Of a stretch of DNA of 27,449 nucleotides, positions 17,656 through 25,100 are shown piece after piece. Numbering within the stretch: the stretch's first letter is position 1; the number at the start of each line of letters is the position of its first letter. Position numbers and translations under genes: made by a program. This DNA comes from a virus (lineage: Duplodnaviria > Caudoviricetes): positions 1 through 27,449 of IMG/VR virus record IMGVR_UViG_3300020044_004996; one strand, given 5' to 3'. The notes under the pieces were generated by a model. The model searched no databases. It had not been told where the DNA came from and worked only from the letters and a program-made list of their open reading frames with translations.

Positions 17656-18107
17656 ATTACGTGGTATATTTCTTTGGCTTGTAAATATGCGTTTCTTGCT
17701 TCTTGTTCGGTATTGTAACAACCTAAATTAATTCGCTTTGTATTAATATAAATTTGAGCTATATAATAAACTGAATTTTTATATAAATATTTATAATAAC
17801 CTTTTGCTGTTGTTCGATTCCATTGGTTTTGTTGACGCGTAACGCTTCTTAAATTACAAATTCTGTTATCATCTCGTATTCCATTGATATGGTCTATTTC
17901 TTCTACACATTCTTTATAAACACAATACCAAGCAAATTGATGAGCTCTTAATTCATATTTTTTTCTGTCTTTATATAAATATAATTTTAAATAACCATTA
18001 TGACTATATTTATAATCATTTTTACCATTATATAATATTTTTCCTGTTTCACTATCATAAGTAAATCCTCTTTCAATAGCTAATTTACATCTTTCTTCTC
18101 GTGTCAT
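17652..18107 (-). CDS. HNH homing endonuclease with AP2-like C-terminus
   Basis: IDHINGIRDDNRICNLRSVTRQQNQWN and INLGCYNTEQEARNAY. Confidence 0.9.
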   Translation of the reverse strand: MTREERCKLAIERGFTYDSETGKILYNGKNDYKYSHNGYLKLYLYKDRKKYELRAHQFAWYCVYKECVEEIDHINGIRDDNRICNLRSVTRQQNQWNRTTAKGYYKYLYKNSVYYIAQIYINTKRINLGCYNTEQEARNAYLQAKEIYHVI

Positions 18108-18397
18108 ATTTCATAATTTTTAGTTTTTAATTGTATTTCTAAATCCTTATTCTTAAACTTCTCCTCCATTAATAGCTTTTCAAGTCTAAAATTTTGTTGT
18201 AGTGCTGTTCTTAGTTCCTTTTCCATAGCATCGTAGCTTATTTTTACTTCTTGAAGGTCTGCTAAACTGCGTTCCATTGAGTTAATTAAATCGGTTCTGT
18301 GTTCGTGTTTTTGTTTGATTTCTTCAAGGCTTATTTTAATCTTTAAATATGTAGTGTCTAATAACACTTTGCCTTTTATAATAGTCAATTCGTCCAT
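18104..18397 (-). CDS. Hypothetical coiled-coil protein
   Basis: 97 aa, heptad-like Leu/Glu/Lys pattern. Confidence 0.6.
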   Translation of the reverse strand: MDELTIIKGKVLLDTTYLKIKISLEEIKQKHEHRTDLINSMERSLADLQEVKISYDAMEKELRTALQQNFRLEKLLMEEKFKNKDLEIQLKTKNYEI

Positions 18398-18425
18398 TTA
18401 TTCGTGTTTTTGCTTGTTATAATAA

Positions 18426-19382
18426 TCAAAATGGAACATCGCCTTTACTTTGTTTCATCTTTTCGCTAAACGAAAGTAATTCTTTTCCGTTAACTAAATC
18501 GGGTTCAATTAAAGGTAGTTGTTTAGGTTTTGTTGGTTCGTGTTTACGTAATGGGTCAACTGAATTAATCTTGAATCCTAAACCATTGTTAAATTCACAA
18601 AGTACAGGTTCATCTAATCTCGTATGCATTCCGCCCGTGTCCATATCCTTAATTTTTTCTACGTTTACCATAGTGTAATACTTCATTGTTTCGTGTTTTA
18701 TTAATCTATGAATTACAAACATATCGTCGCATCTATTTAAAAATGCCTTACCGCCTTCAACGTGGTCTTTTAATGGTGGCTTAAGGTGTCCTTTCCACAT
18801 ATGTCCATCTGAATATAAATTACCGCTTCTACCACTTTCGCTGTTTGGATGCGTGTTTATGTATATTGACATTCCTGATTCATTGACAAACTGCCGTGCC
18901 TGATTTAAAAATTGATAGTTTCCTTCGAATGTCATAGGTCGGTCAAGACCTGTAAAAGGGTCAATTAACCCGGCATCGCATTCGCTTTCTTTAAACAGCT
19001 TTAAAATATCCGAAGGTGTATAAAGTTTATCATTTGGTATAAAATCAAAATACTGCTCAAGAAAAGTTGCCGTGCTTAATATCTTTGAATCTTCTATTTC
19101 GGTGAACTTTTGACCTAAGTACATTTGTATCATATCCCTTAAGATTTGACCTTTCTGATTCTCACCGCTCCAAATACAAAAACGCAGTTCGTGTTTTACT
19201 GCTAATGTTAGAAAGTACCAATTTATCCAATAGGTCTTACCAACGTTATCGTGTCCAAGAATAATATTCAGTTGTTTACGTTTAAAACGAAGATGATTAT
19301 CCAAGTCGCAGTTAATGCCGTAACCCTTTTTTATTTTTCCGTGTTTATAGTCAAGTAGGTATTGTGCTGAATCGCCTATCAT
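18426..19382 (-). CDS. DnaB-like replicative helicase (P-loop)
   Basis: Walker A GHDNVGKT, WSGEN, Walker B LIDP and NTHP motifs; downstream of the initiator gene. Confidence 0.8.
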   Translation of the reverse strand: MIGDSAQYLLDYKHGKIKKGYGINCDLDNHLRFKRKQLNIILGHDNVGKTYWINWYFLTLAVKHELRFCIWSGENQKGQILRDMIQMYLGQKFTEIEDSKILSTATFLEQYFDFIPNDKLYTPSDILKLFKESECDAGLIDPFTGLDRPMTFEGNYQFLNQARQFVNESGMSIYINTHPNSESGRSGNLYSDGHMWKGHLKPPLKDHVEGGKAFLNRCDDMFVIHRLIKHETMKYYTMVNVEKIKDMDTGGMHTRLDEPVLCEFNNGLGFKINSVDPLRKHEPTKPKQLPLIEPDLVNGKELLSFSEKMKQSKGDVPF

Positions 19383-19954
19383 AATCCAAGTTGTTTGTTA
19401 ACATATTCTACTAAATGGTCGGTTTCTTCTTTTTGATATTGTTTAGGATTTCTACTAAACCAAGTTCTTAACCTTTGAGATATACCAAATGTTTTTTCTT
19501 TTTCAAATCTAAGTTTTTTATCATTTTCTCCGTGTTCCGTCCAATAGAAATAAAAGTCGTTTAGTAATTCCCTACCATACTCATCTAAAAAAGGTTTAAG
19601 CGCGTCAGCAAATTTCAATTTGCGCTCTTCTATATTCTTATTCTCATTTACATTAACATTAACATTGTTATTAGCTTCTACTTTGCTTTCATTTTGCTTA
19701 TGTTTTGCTTCCGTTTTGCTTTCACTTTGTTTTGTTTTTGGTTTTTTACCATTCTCAAAACGCTTAATATTTGCGTCAAGTTGCGGTTTAATCAAAGTAA
19801 ATAATGCTTTACTTATGTCGTTAGTAAATTCTATTTCCTGAAAGTTTAAACCATACTCAAAAATTGCATCGTAAAGTTCTGCTTTAATCATTGGAGACAA
19901 GCCCGTAACACTTTCATAAAAGCTGCGGTAAAAAATCATTGAATCACGTTTCAT
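19379..19954 (-). CDS. Putative replication initiator (DUF6291-like N-terminus)
   Basis: RDSMIFYRSFYE...LYDAIFEYGL...IKPQLD, low-complexity NVNVNVN linker, C-terminal FYFYWTE...RLRTW. Confidence 0.7.
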   Translation of the reverse strand: MKRDSMIFYRSFYESVTGLSPMIKAELYDAIFEYGLNFQEIEFTNDISKALFTLIKPQLDANIKRFENGKKPKTKQSESKTEAKHKQNESKVEANNNVNVNVNENKNIEERKLKFADALKPFLDEYGRELLNDFYFYWTEHGENDKKLRFEKEKTFGISQRLRTWFSRNPKQYQKEETDHLVEYVNKQLGL

Positions 19955-19972
19955 ATAAAAATTTTAAGTAAT

Positions 19973-20061
19973 AAAAAACCCCATTAAATCCGTAGGCTCT
20001 CACTTCTACTTCATTAACAGGGTTCATAATACTTTTAGTTCTATTTTGTGAGAGCGAACTA
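19973..20061 (-). ncRNA. Structured 5' leader RNA, copy 1 (kissing loop + terminator-like stem)
   Basis: Hairpin loop GCUCUCAC is complementary to distal loop GUGAGAGC; UGAA/GGAU internal loop; U-tract; -7 box at 20067-20074. Confidence 0.7.
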
Positions 20062-20066
20062 TTTTA

Positions 20067-20074
20067 CAAATATA
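20067..20074 (-). promoter_or_regulatory. Bacteroidota -7 box (TATATTTG)
   Basis: Immediately upstream of leader copy 1. Confidence 0.65.
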
Positions 20075-20080
20075 TAAAAA

Positions 20081-20731
20081 TTAATTTATAATATTTTCGT
20101 CATTTTCACGTTCAGGTTCCCAAGCCATTGAAAATTCCTTATCTGAAAACATTTCAATTAAACCGCTTATTTGTGTTAATCTTAAAACTTCATCCCTATC
20201 CATTCCAAGTTCTTTACAAATTTTTTCATCAGACCAATTTCTTCTTTTTAAATCAACTACAATATCAGACATTGATTCTACTTTATGTTTACCTCTTGCT
20301 CTATTGTGACGAATTGTTGAAGCGACTCTATCATTTTGTCCTTTTTGAGATTCTCTAATAGTAACTACAGGTAAATATCCAAAAACCCTGCTTTGAATAT
20401 CTTTACATTCTTTACCTACTCTATTTCTATGAAACCCGTCTATAACTTCCCTTGTCCCATCATTATTGTCCATAGAAACAATAGGCTGTGTATATCCATC
20501 ATTTGAAATTGAAAGCCTTAATAATTCCATTTCAGGTGGTGCAACTGAATTCGGGTTATAATCATTAGCGTAAACAGTTTCATTTTTAACCCATAAAACA
20601 CAATCTACTGGTTCAGATTTAAATGGTGATATTTCGTGTAAAGCTAATTTAATTTCATTTATAGCATATACTTTATTATCTAAATCCATATTAGATAACT
20701 CATTAATTAATTCATTGATTTTTGTTTTCAT
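20081..20731 (-). CDS. ibrB: IbrB-like ParB/Srx-domain protein
   Basis: EPVDCVLWV, ANDYNPNSVAPPEM, GYTQPIV, VIDGFHR and TIRHNRARGKH motifs. Confidence 0.85.
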   Translation of the reverse strand: MKTKINELINELSNMDLDNKVYAINEIKLALHEISPFKSEPVDCVLWVKNETVYANDYNPNSVAPPEMELLRLSISNDGYTQPIVSMDNNDGTREVIDGFHRNRVGKECKDIQSRVFGYLPVVTIRESQKGQNDRVASTIRHNRARGKHKVESMSDIVVDLKRRNWSDEKICKELGMDRDEVLRLTQISGLIEMFSDKEFSMAWEPERENDENIIN

Positions 20732-20736
20732 AATTA

Positions 20737-21951
20737 TTAATTTAAAAATTTATTTTCTATTCTTTGGCGTTTTTTTAATTCCAAATATTTTTGATATGCT
20801 TCTGTTTTATGTTGAGTAAAACCAAGACCTTTACACCAAAAATCATTTCTTAATAAAGATTTACAAACCCTTCTCCAACTTGGTGCTAATTTTTGCGACT
20901 CTAATAAATATGGCGCTTCATCAGGGATACCATTATCATAACCTCTTTCTTTCCACCATTTTATAAACGTAAATATTTTATTCATATAATGCTCTTTAGT
21001 CTTTTCAGGTATACTATTTAGAAATAACATAGCAAATGATTCCCAAGTATGGTTATTTGGTTTTGTTATTTTATTATAACCAGTTATAGAGCCACTTTCA
21101 TTTATATATAATGCTCCTGAATTTGCTCCATTAACTCTTGTAACAACTTTTGCCCACGTTTCAGGTTCTATTAAATGAAATAACCATAAGCCTCTTCTTT
21201 GGTCATCTCCATATGGTTGGCAAATTCTTTGTTGATGAATAGATAAACCAGCCTTAAACATTAATTCATATAACTGATTATATCTTTTATTTTGATTCTT
21301 AGCGTGATAAATCCAAATATCTTCTGTTGTCCAATCATAAATTGGATATAAATTATAAACATTATTAGTCACTTTTGTAGTATAGCATTTATTGTCAAAT
21401 GTTTCTTTTATATTTGATGAAATGGTTCTATATCTATTTAATGATTCATCTGAACGTATACCGACTAAACAAGCTGTAGTTTTACCTTGTGAATACCATT
21501 CTCCAAATTCAGGTACAAATTCTTCAAATTCCATCCCGTCTCTAAAGAAATTAAAATAATTCAAATCCGTTATTGATATTTTATTTGGGGTTCTAATCCA
21601 ATTTTCTTGTTGCTCGGAGTCCCAGCATTTCCAAAATGGTTCATAAACAGAAACTGCATTTCTTAAATGAATAGGTAAACAAACCCAATATACATCTACA
21701 AATTCCTTATATTCCTCTATGCATTTTTCAATATGTTCAATTGTTAATTTATATTGACCTTCTAAATCAACTATTAACAAGCCTATTTTAATCTTTCTTT
21801 TTTTACATTCATCCATTACTAAATGAAGCATAACGGTTGAATCTTTACCTGCACTAAATGATAAATATACTTTTTCAAAATTGTTAAATGTATATTCAAT
21901 TCTTTCTTTTGCGGCTTCAAAAACATTTATATTTAATCTAAATTTAGGCAT
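20737..21951 (-). CDS. ibrA: IbrA-like PAPS-reductase-family (DUF3440) protein
   Basis: PP-loop SFSAGKDS, VGIRSDESLNR, YPIYDWTTEDIW, QRICQPYG and SWRRVCKSLLRNDFWC motifs. Confidence 0.85.
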   Translation of the reverse strand: MPKFRLNINVFEAAKERIEYTFNNFEKVYLSFSAGKDSTVMLHLVMDECKKRKIKIGLLIVDLEGQYKLTIEHIEKCIEEYKEFVDVYWVCLPIHLRNAVSVYEPFWKCWDSEQQENWIRTPNKISITDLNYFNFFRDGMEFEEFVPEFGEWYSQGKTTACLVGIRSDESLNRYRTISSNIKETFDNKCYTTKVTNNVYNLYPIYDWTTEDIWIYHAKNQNKRYNQLYELMFKAGLSIHQQRICQPYGDDQRRGLWLFHLIEPETWAKVVTRVNGANSGALYINESGSITGYNKITKPNNHTWESFAMLFLNSIPEKTKEHYMNKIFTFIKWWKERGYDNGIPDEAPYLLESQKLAPSWRRVCKSLLRNDFWCKGLGFTQHKTEAYQKYLELKKRQRIENKFLN

Positions 21952-22322
21952 AATTGTATTCTTTTATTGTTAATAATCCAATGATTTAAAACTTTTTCAG
22001 CATTACTATTTGCTCTATCCTGAACATTTTTTTCTAACATATTCCAAATCTCCATTGTTACTATTGAAGGAATATTTGCGTAAAGACAACAAGCACCTTG
22101 ACCTAAATACGCTATTTTATTTAAAGAAGGATTTGTAAAATTATGTTCACAAGAATATTTCCACTCATTTATTGCTCTATACATATTTTCTAAAGTTAAT
22201 TTTTCTGAATTAAACATTTCAATTCCTTTAGTAATTAATATTTTTTTTTCTTCTCCACTGCAATTATTATAAAAACCAGCTTTAAAATCTTCCCACCTCC
22301 AATAAGGATGATAAATTCTCAT
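21933..22322 (-). CDS. Hypothetical protein heading the IbrAB module
   Basis: MRIYHPYWRWEDFKAGFY...SCEHNFTNPSLNKIAYLGQGACC. Start moved to the ATG at 22322, because the longer start lies inside the structured leader. Confidence 0.7.
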   Translation of the reverse strand: MRIYHPYWRWEDFKAGFYNNCSGEEKKILITKGIEMFNSEKLTLENMYRAINEWKYSCEHNFTNPSLNKIAYLGQGACCLYANIPSIVTMEIWNMLEKNVQDRANSNAEKVLNHWIINNKRIQLCLNLD

Positions 22323-22342
22323 AATATAAAATTTAAATAAAT

Positions 22343-22435
22343 AAAAAAAACCCCTTGAAATCCTGCGCATCCTACCTCACATTCATTCAAAGGGTCAATA
22401 ATACCTTTACGAGTTTATAATGTAGGATGAACTCG
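22343..22435 (-). ncRNA. Structured 5' leader RNA, copy 2
   Basis: Hairpin loop CAUCCUAC is complementary to distal loop GUAGGAUG; same UGAA/GGAU internal loop and loop sizes as copy 1; U8 tract. Confidence 0.7.
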
Positions 22436-22439
22436 AAGA

Positions 22440-22447
22440 CAAATATA
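22440..22447 (-). promoter_or_regulatory. Bacteroidota -7 box (TATATTTG)
   Basis: Immediately upstream of leader copy 2. Confidence 0.65.
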
Positions 22448-22458
22448 CTAATTATCTT

Positions 22459-22575
22459 TTAATCAAACTCAAAATTCTTATAAAAATTATTACTGATATT
22501 AACTTTTACATTCCATCGCCTTAACTTTCGATAGTCAATCTTTTGCTTTGCATTGTAAAGTATAAAAACATTCAT
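22459..22575 (-). CDS. Small hypothetical protein (38 aa, not in the ORF track)
   Basis: MNVFILYNAKQKIDYRKLRRWNVKVNISNNFYKNFEFD; TAATG-coupled to the upstream microORF. Confidence 0.45.
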   Translation of the reverse strand: MNVFILYNAKQKIDYRKLRRWNVKVNISNNFYKNFEFD

Positions 22576-22664
22576 TACCAAAACTTAATTATAAAGTGAA
22601 TAACGATGTACCAAAATAAACCACCTACAAAAAAATAAAATAAGCATCCTAAGTAATTTCTCAT
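22575..22664 (-). CDS. Small membrane peptide (29 aa, not in the ORF track)
   Basis: MRNYLGCLFYFFVGGLFWYIVIHFIIKFW; ATGA overlap with the upstream stop. Confidence 0.5.
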   Translation of the reverse strand: MRNYLGCLFYFFVGGLFWYIVIHFIIKFW

Positions 22665-22876
22665 AACTTTTCAATTTCGTGTTTTACTTCATTCCAATGA
22701 TTAATACCTACTTGATTATTTCCCCAACAAAGGTTTAAAACTTCATCAACTGCAATCAATGCGCATTGTTTAGCTATCACAGTACATAGTATCTCATTAC
22801 CGCATTCAGTATCTTCATTCATTAAAATGTTTCGATAGCTATCTACTAAGCTAATTGCTTTTTCTTTTGGTGTCAT
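22661..22876 (-). CDS. Hypothetical phage protein (MTPKEKA...AKQCALIAVDE type)
   Basis: 71 aa, ATGA-coupled at both ends. Confidence 0.7.
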   Translation of the reverse strand: MTPKEKAISLVDSYRNILMNEDTECGNEILCTVIAKQCALIAVDEVLNLCWGNNQVGINHWNEVKHEIEKL

Positions 22877-23088
22877 ACTTTAGATTTTACTATTACTTCA
22901 TTATGGTTAATTACTTTAAAACTTCGAGTCCGTTCGTATTTCTGCATAAACTGAAGATTCATTTTGTTATAAACATCTTCGTGATATTCCTTACCTTGTA
23001 AAAGTAATTCTTTTAAACGTTCTATTTGCTCTAACAAAACTGCTTCATTCGTCCATTCGAATACTGCTGTAACTTCTTTTGCTTTCAT
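22873..23088 (-). CDS. Hypothetical protein
   Basis: Start moved to the ATG at 23088 (MKAKEV...), just after the upstream stop. Confidence 0.6.
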   Translation of the reverse strand: MKAKEVTAVFEWTNEAVLLEQIERLKELLLQGKEYHEDVYNKMNLQFMQKYERTRSFKVINHNEVIVKSKV

Positions 23089-23089
23089 T

Positions 23090-23305
23090 CTATTCTGATT
23101 TAAAGGTTTCGTTGTAGTAATTTTGACCATTTCGATATATATCAAATTCATTATATCCACTATCGTAAGCCTTAATTACCTGCTCTTTTTCCATTTCTTT
23201 GGCTTGTTGTATTAGTGAATCTAATTGTTCCCATTCTATTTTACAAAATTGTGGGTCTCCATATGATTCTAATTCTTTTCCTAACCATTCTACTGCTGTT
23301 TTCAT
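23090..23305 (-). CDS. Hypothetical phage protein (MKTAVEWL...EMEKEQ...YYNETF type)
   Basis: 71 aa, coupled to neighbours. Confidence 0.7.
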   Translation of the reverse strand: MKTAVEWLGKELESYGDPQFCKIEWEQLDSLIQQAKEMEKEQVIKAYDSGYNEFDIYRNGQNYYNETFKSE

Positions 23306-23508
23306 AATTTTATTCTTTTATGTTTTCCTGTTCTTAATATATCTTCTTCTTTGATTCCGTGTTTTTGTGCGTACTTCAAAACGTATTCTTCGCAATACTC
23401 TAACACGGATGAACTATAAAGATATTTATCGTTAATACTTACAATGTAATTAACGTAAGTACTATCCTTGTACGTCTGAACTATTTTTCTAATCCACCTA
23501 TATTTCAT
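23302..23508 (-). CDS. Hypothetical protein
   Basis: Start moved to the ATG at 23508 (MKYRWIRK), ATGA overlap with the upstream stop. Confidence 0.6.
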   Translation of the reverse strand: MKYRWIRKIVQTYKDSTYVNYIVSINDKYLYSSSVLEYCEEYVLKYAQKHGIKEEDILRTGKHKRIKL

Positions 23509-23891
23509 ATTAAATACTTTGTAAGTTCGTAAATTTCTCGTGTTTCTTGTTCCGCCCAAGTTATCATTTCTTCTTCAAGTTCAATATCCTCATCATACCT
23601 ATTAAAAGAAACGTGCATTAATTCGTGAAACAAATTACATATCAAATCCAATTCGCTGTTACACCTATTCAAATTAATAAAGCAAAACATTCTATCCGTT
23701 AATTTATATTCACCTTCGTGCGGGATATGATTCGCCCATCCGCAAATATAACTACCTTCATTCGTGTTTGGGTGCTTTCTACAATCAGTTAAATTTAATC
23801 CGTGCATTTCTTCAACTCCATAATAGGTAAAAATGGAACACGCATCTACATTCATTAACAAATCGTAACCATCCCTATTTATCACCAACAT
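23505..23891 (-). CDS. Putative zincin-like metallopeptidase
   Basis: HExxH motif (LFHELMH) followed by EEE; probable start at 23891. Confidence 0.55.
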   Translation of the reverse strand: MLVINRDGYDLLMNVDACSIFTYYGVEEMHGLNLTDCRKHPNTNEGSYICGWANHIPHEGEYKLTDRMFCFINLNRCNSELDLICNLFHELMHVSFNRYDEDIELEEEMITWAEQETREIYELTKYLI

Positions 23892-24057
23892 AACTCCAAG
23901 TTTTATCGTTATCATTCCACCTTAATGTCCGTGCTTTTGCGTGACAAACCTTCATATAATGCTGAATATCCATTCGCCCGGTATTGTTTTTCTTTTGCTC
24001 CAACCAATAATCAATTATTTCAATCAAAGTCGGATTCGCTTTTTTAGGCTTTCTCAT
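23875..24057 (-). CDS. Hypothetical protein
   Basis: 60 aa, ATGA-coupled to the upstream microORF. Confidence 0.55.
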   Translation of the reverse strand: MRKPKKANPTLIEIIDYWLEQKKNNTGRMDIQHYMKVCHAKARTLRWNDNDKTWSYVGDK

Positions 24058-24200
24058 CGTATTAAAATAAAAAGTGATAGCAAAGCACCAAACGTGCCAA
24101 TAAATAGCGTTAAACCGAACGTAACGACCCTTAAAAACTCTTTATGTTCTTCGTTTGCAGGTGTAACTTGGTCTAACAAGTCGTAAAAGTAATTTTTCAT
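24054..24200 (-). CDS. Small membrane protein (48 aa, not in the ORF track)
   Basis: MKNYFYDLLDQVTPANEEHKEFLRVVTFGLTLFIGTFGALLSLFILIR; first ORF after the 24224 promoter, with the shared leader. Confidence 0.6.
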   Translation of the reverse strand: MKNYFYDLLDQVTPANEEHKEFLRVVTFGLTLFIGTFGALLSLFILIR

Positions 24201-24223
24201 AGTTAATTGTTTAATTGTTTTGA

Positions 24224-24231
24224 CAAATATA
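24224..24231 (-). promoter_or_regulatory. Bacteroidota -7 box (TATATTTG), early operon
   Basis: Followed by TCAAAACAATTAAACAATTAACTATG. Confidence 0.7.
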
Positions 24232-24282
24232 CTATACTTTTTAATATAGTTACAATTTTAACAAAATATTTTTTCTAAAACT

Positions 24283-24308
24283 AAAAAACCCCTACCGAAG
24301 TAAGGGTT
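24283..24308 (-). terminator. Intrinsic terminator with cUUCGg tetraloop
   Basis: AACCCUUAC-UUCG-GUAGGGGUU-UUUU, downstream of the lysis operon. Confidence 0.85.
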
Positions 24309-24347
24309 CTCGTTAACAATTAACCTATTCAATTATGAAGAATGGTA

Positions 24348-24355
24348 CAAATATA
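24348..24355 (-). promoter_or_regulatory. -7 box (TATATTTG) about 40 nt upstream of a terminator
   Basis: Exact TAnnTTTG match with no minus-strand gene between it and the terminator. Confidence 0.5.
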
Positions 24356-24580
24356 CTATTTTAATTTCTTAGTTATATATCTACCTAAAACTTTTCCAAC
24401 AAAATTCAATAACGGCTTCTCTGCATCAACTTTCACCTTGACTTGGTCATCCGTTTTTGTAACTTCGATATCTAAGTTCTTAGTATCTAATTTCACTTCG
24501 CTAATTGTTTCATCTCTTTTAATCTCTAACGATGCGTCATTCACCTGGATTTCTACATCTACCTTTTTTTTCTTTGCCAT
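24356..24580 (-). CDS. Hypothetical protein
   Basis: 74 aa with repeated beta-like V/I-D-V/I-E units; last gene of the lysis operon. Confidence 0.6.
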   Translation of the reverse strand: MAKKKKVDVEIQVNDASLEIKRDETISEVKLDTKNLDIEVTKTDDQVKVKVDAEKPLLNFVGKVLGRYITKKLK

Positions 24581-24581
24581 T

Positions 24582-25100
24582 TTATTGTTCGTTTGTTGTT
24601 ATTACTCCTTTGGGTGCTAATTTAATCTTTCTTACGCTTGTAGGTTGTGCAACTTTCCAAGCCGTCCTTCTTGCTTTGTGTAGTCTACTTTTAGCGATTC
24701 TTGAAACACTTACTGAATTACCTTGGTTACCGCCTAAAACGTGGTAGTGTGTTAAGTCTTCACCTACGTAAATACCTACGTGTCCGCCACCCGTTCTTTT
24801 AAATGTCAATATATCGCCTAACATTGGTTCGGTTGCCGGGTTTCCCCACGTTGCCCACGATAACGCCCACAATGGTTTGTCTACTACGTCTAATCCTGCC
24901 ATTTTACAGCAATAAGCTACGAATAGACCACACCACGGAATCTCATCTGAATTATAAACGCTTGCTAATTTTAACTCACGCGCCCAAGATAAGATAACAG
25001 GATTGTGTTCTTTGCCTACAATCTCAGTTACCCCAAGTTGTTTAACAGCTTGAACTAAAACACGGGGTGCTTTTTCTTCTTTTAACCAATCGTAGTTCAT
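24582..25100 (-). CDS. TIGR02594-family CHAP/NlpC-like peptidoglycan hydrolase (endolysin)
   Basis: DEIPWCGLFV, GGGHVG and VLGGNQGNSV motifs. Confidence 0.85.
   Translation of the reverse strand: MNYDWLKEEKAPRVLVQAVKQLGVTEIVGKEHNPVILSWARELKLASVYNSDEIPWCGLFVAYCCKMAGLDVVDKPLWALSWATWGNPATEPMLGDILTFKRTGGGHVGIYVGEDLTHYHVLGGNQGNSVSVSRIAKSRLHKARRTAWKVAQPTSVRKIKLAPKGVITTNEQ

Noticed and set aside
19640-19745. Short repeats in the initiator linker (NVNVNVN; SKTEAK/SKVEAN) as origin iterons
   Set aside because: Plausible by analogy with lambda O, but the repeats are short and degenerate and are explained by a low-complexity protein linker.
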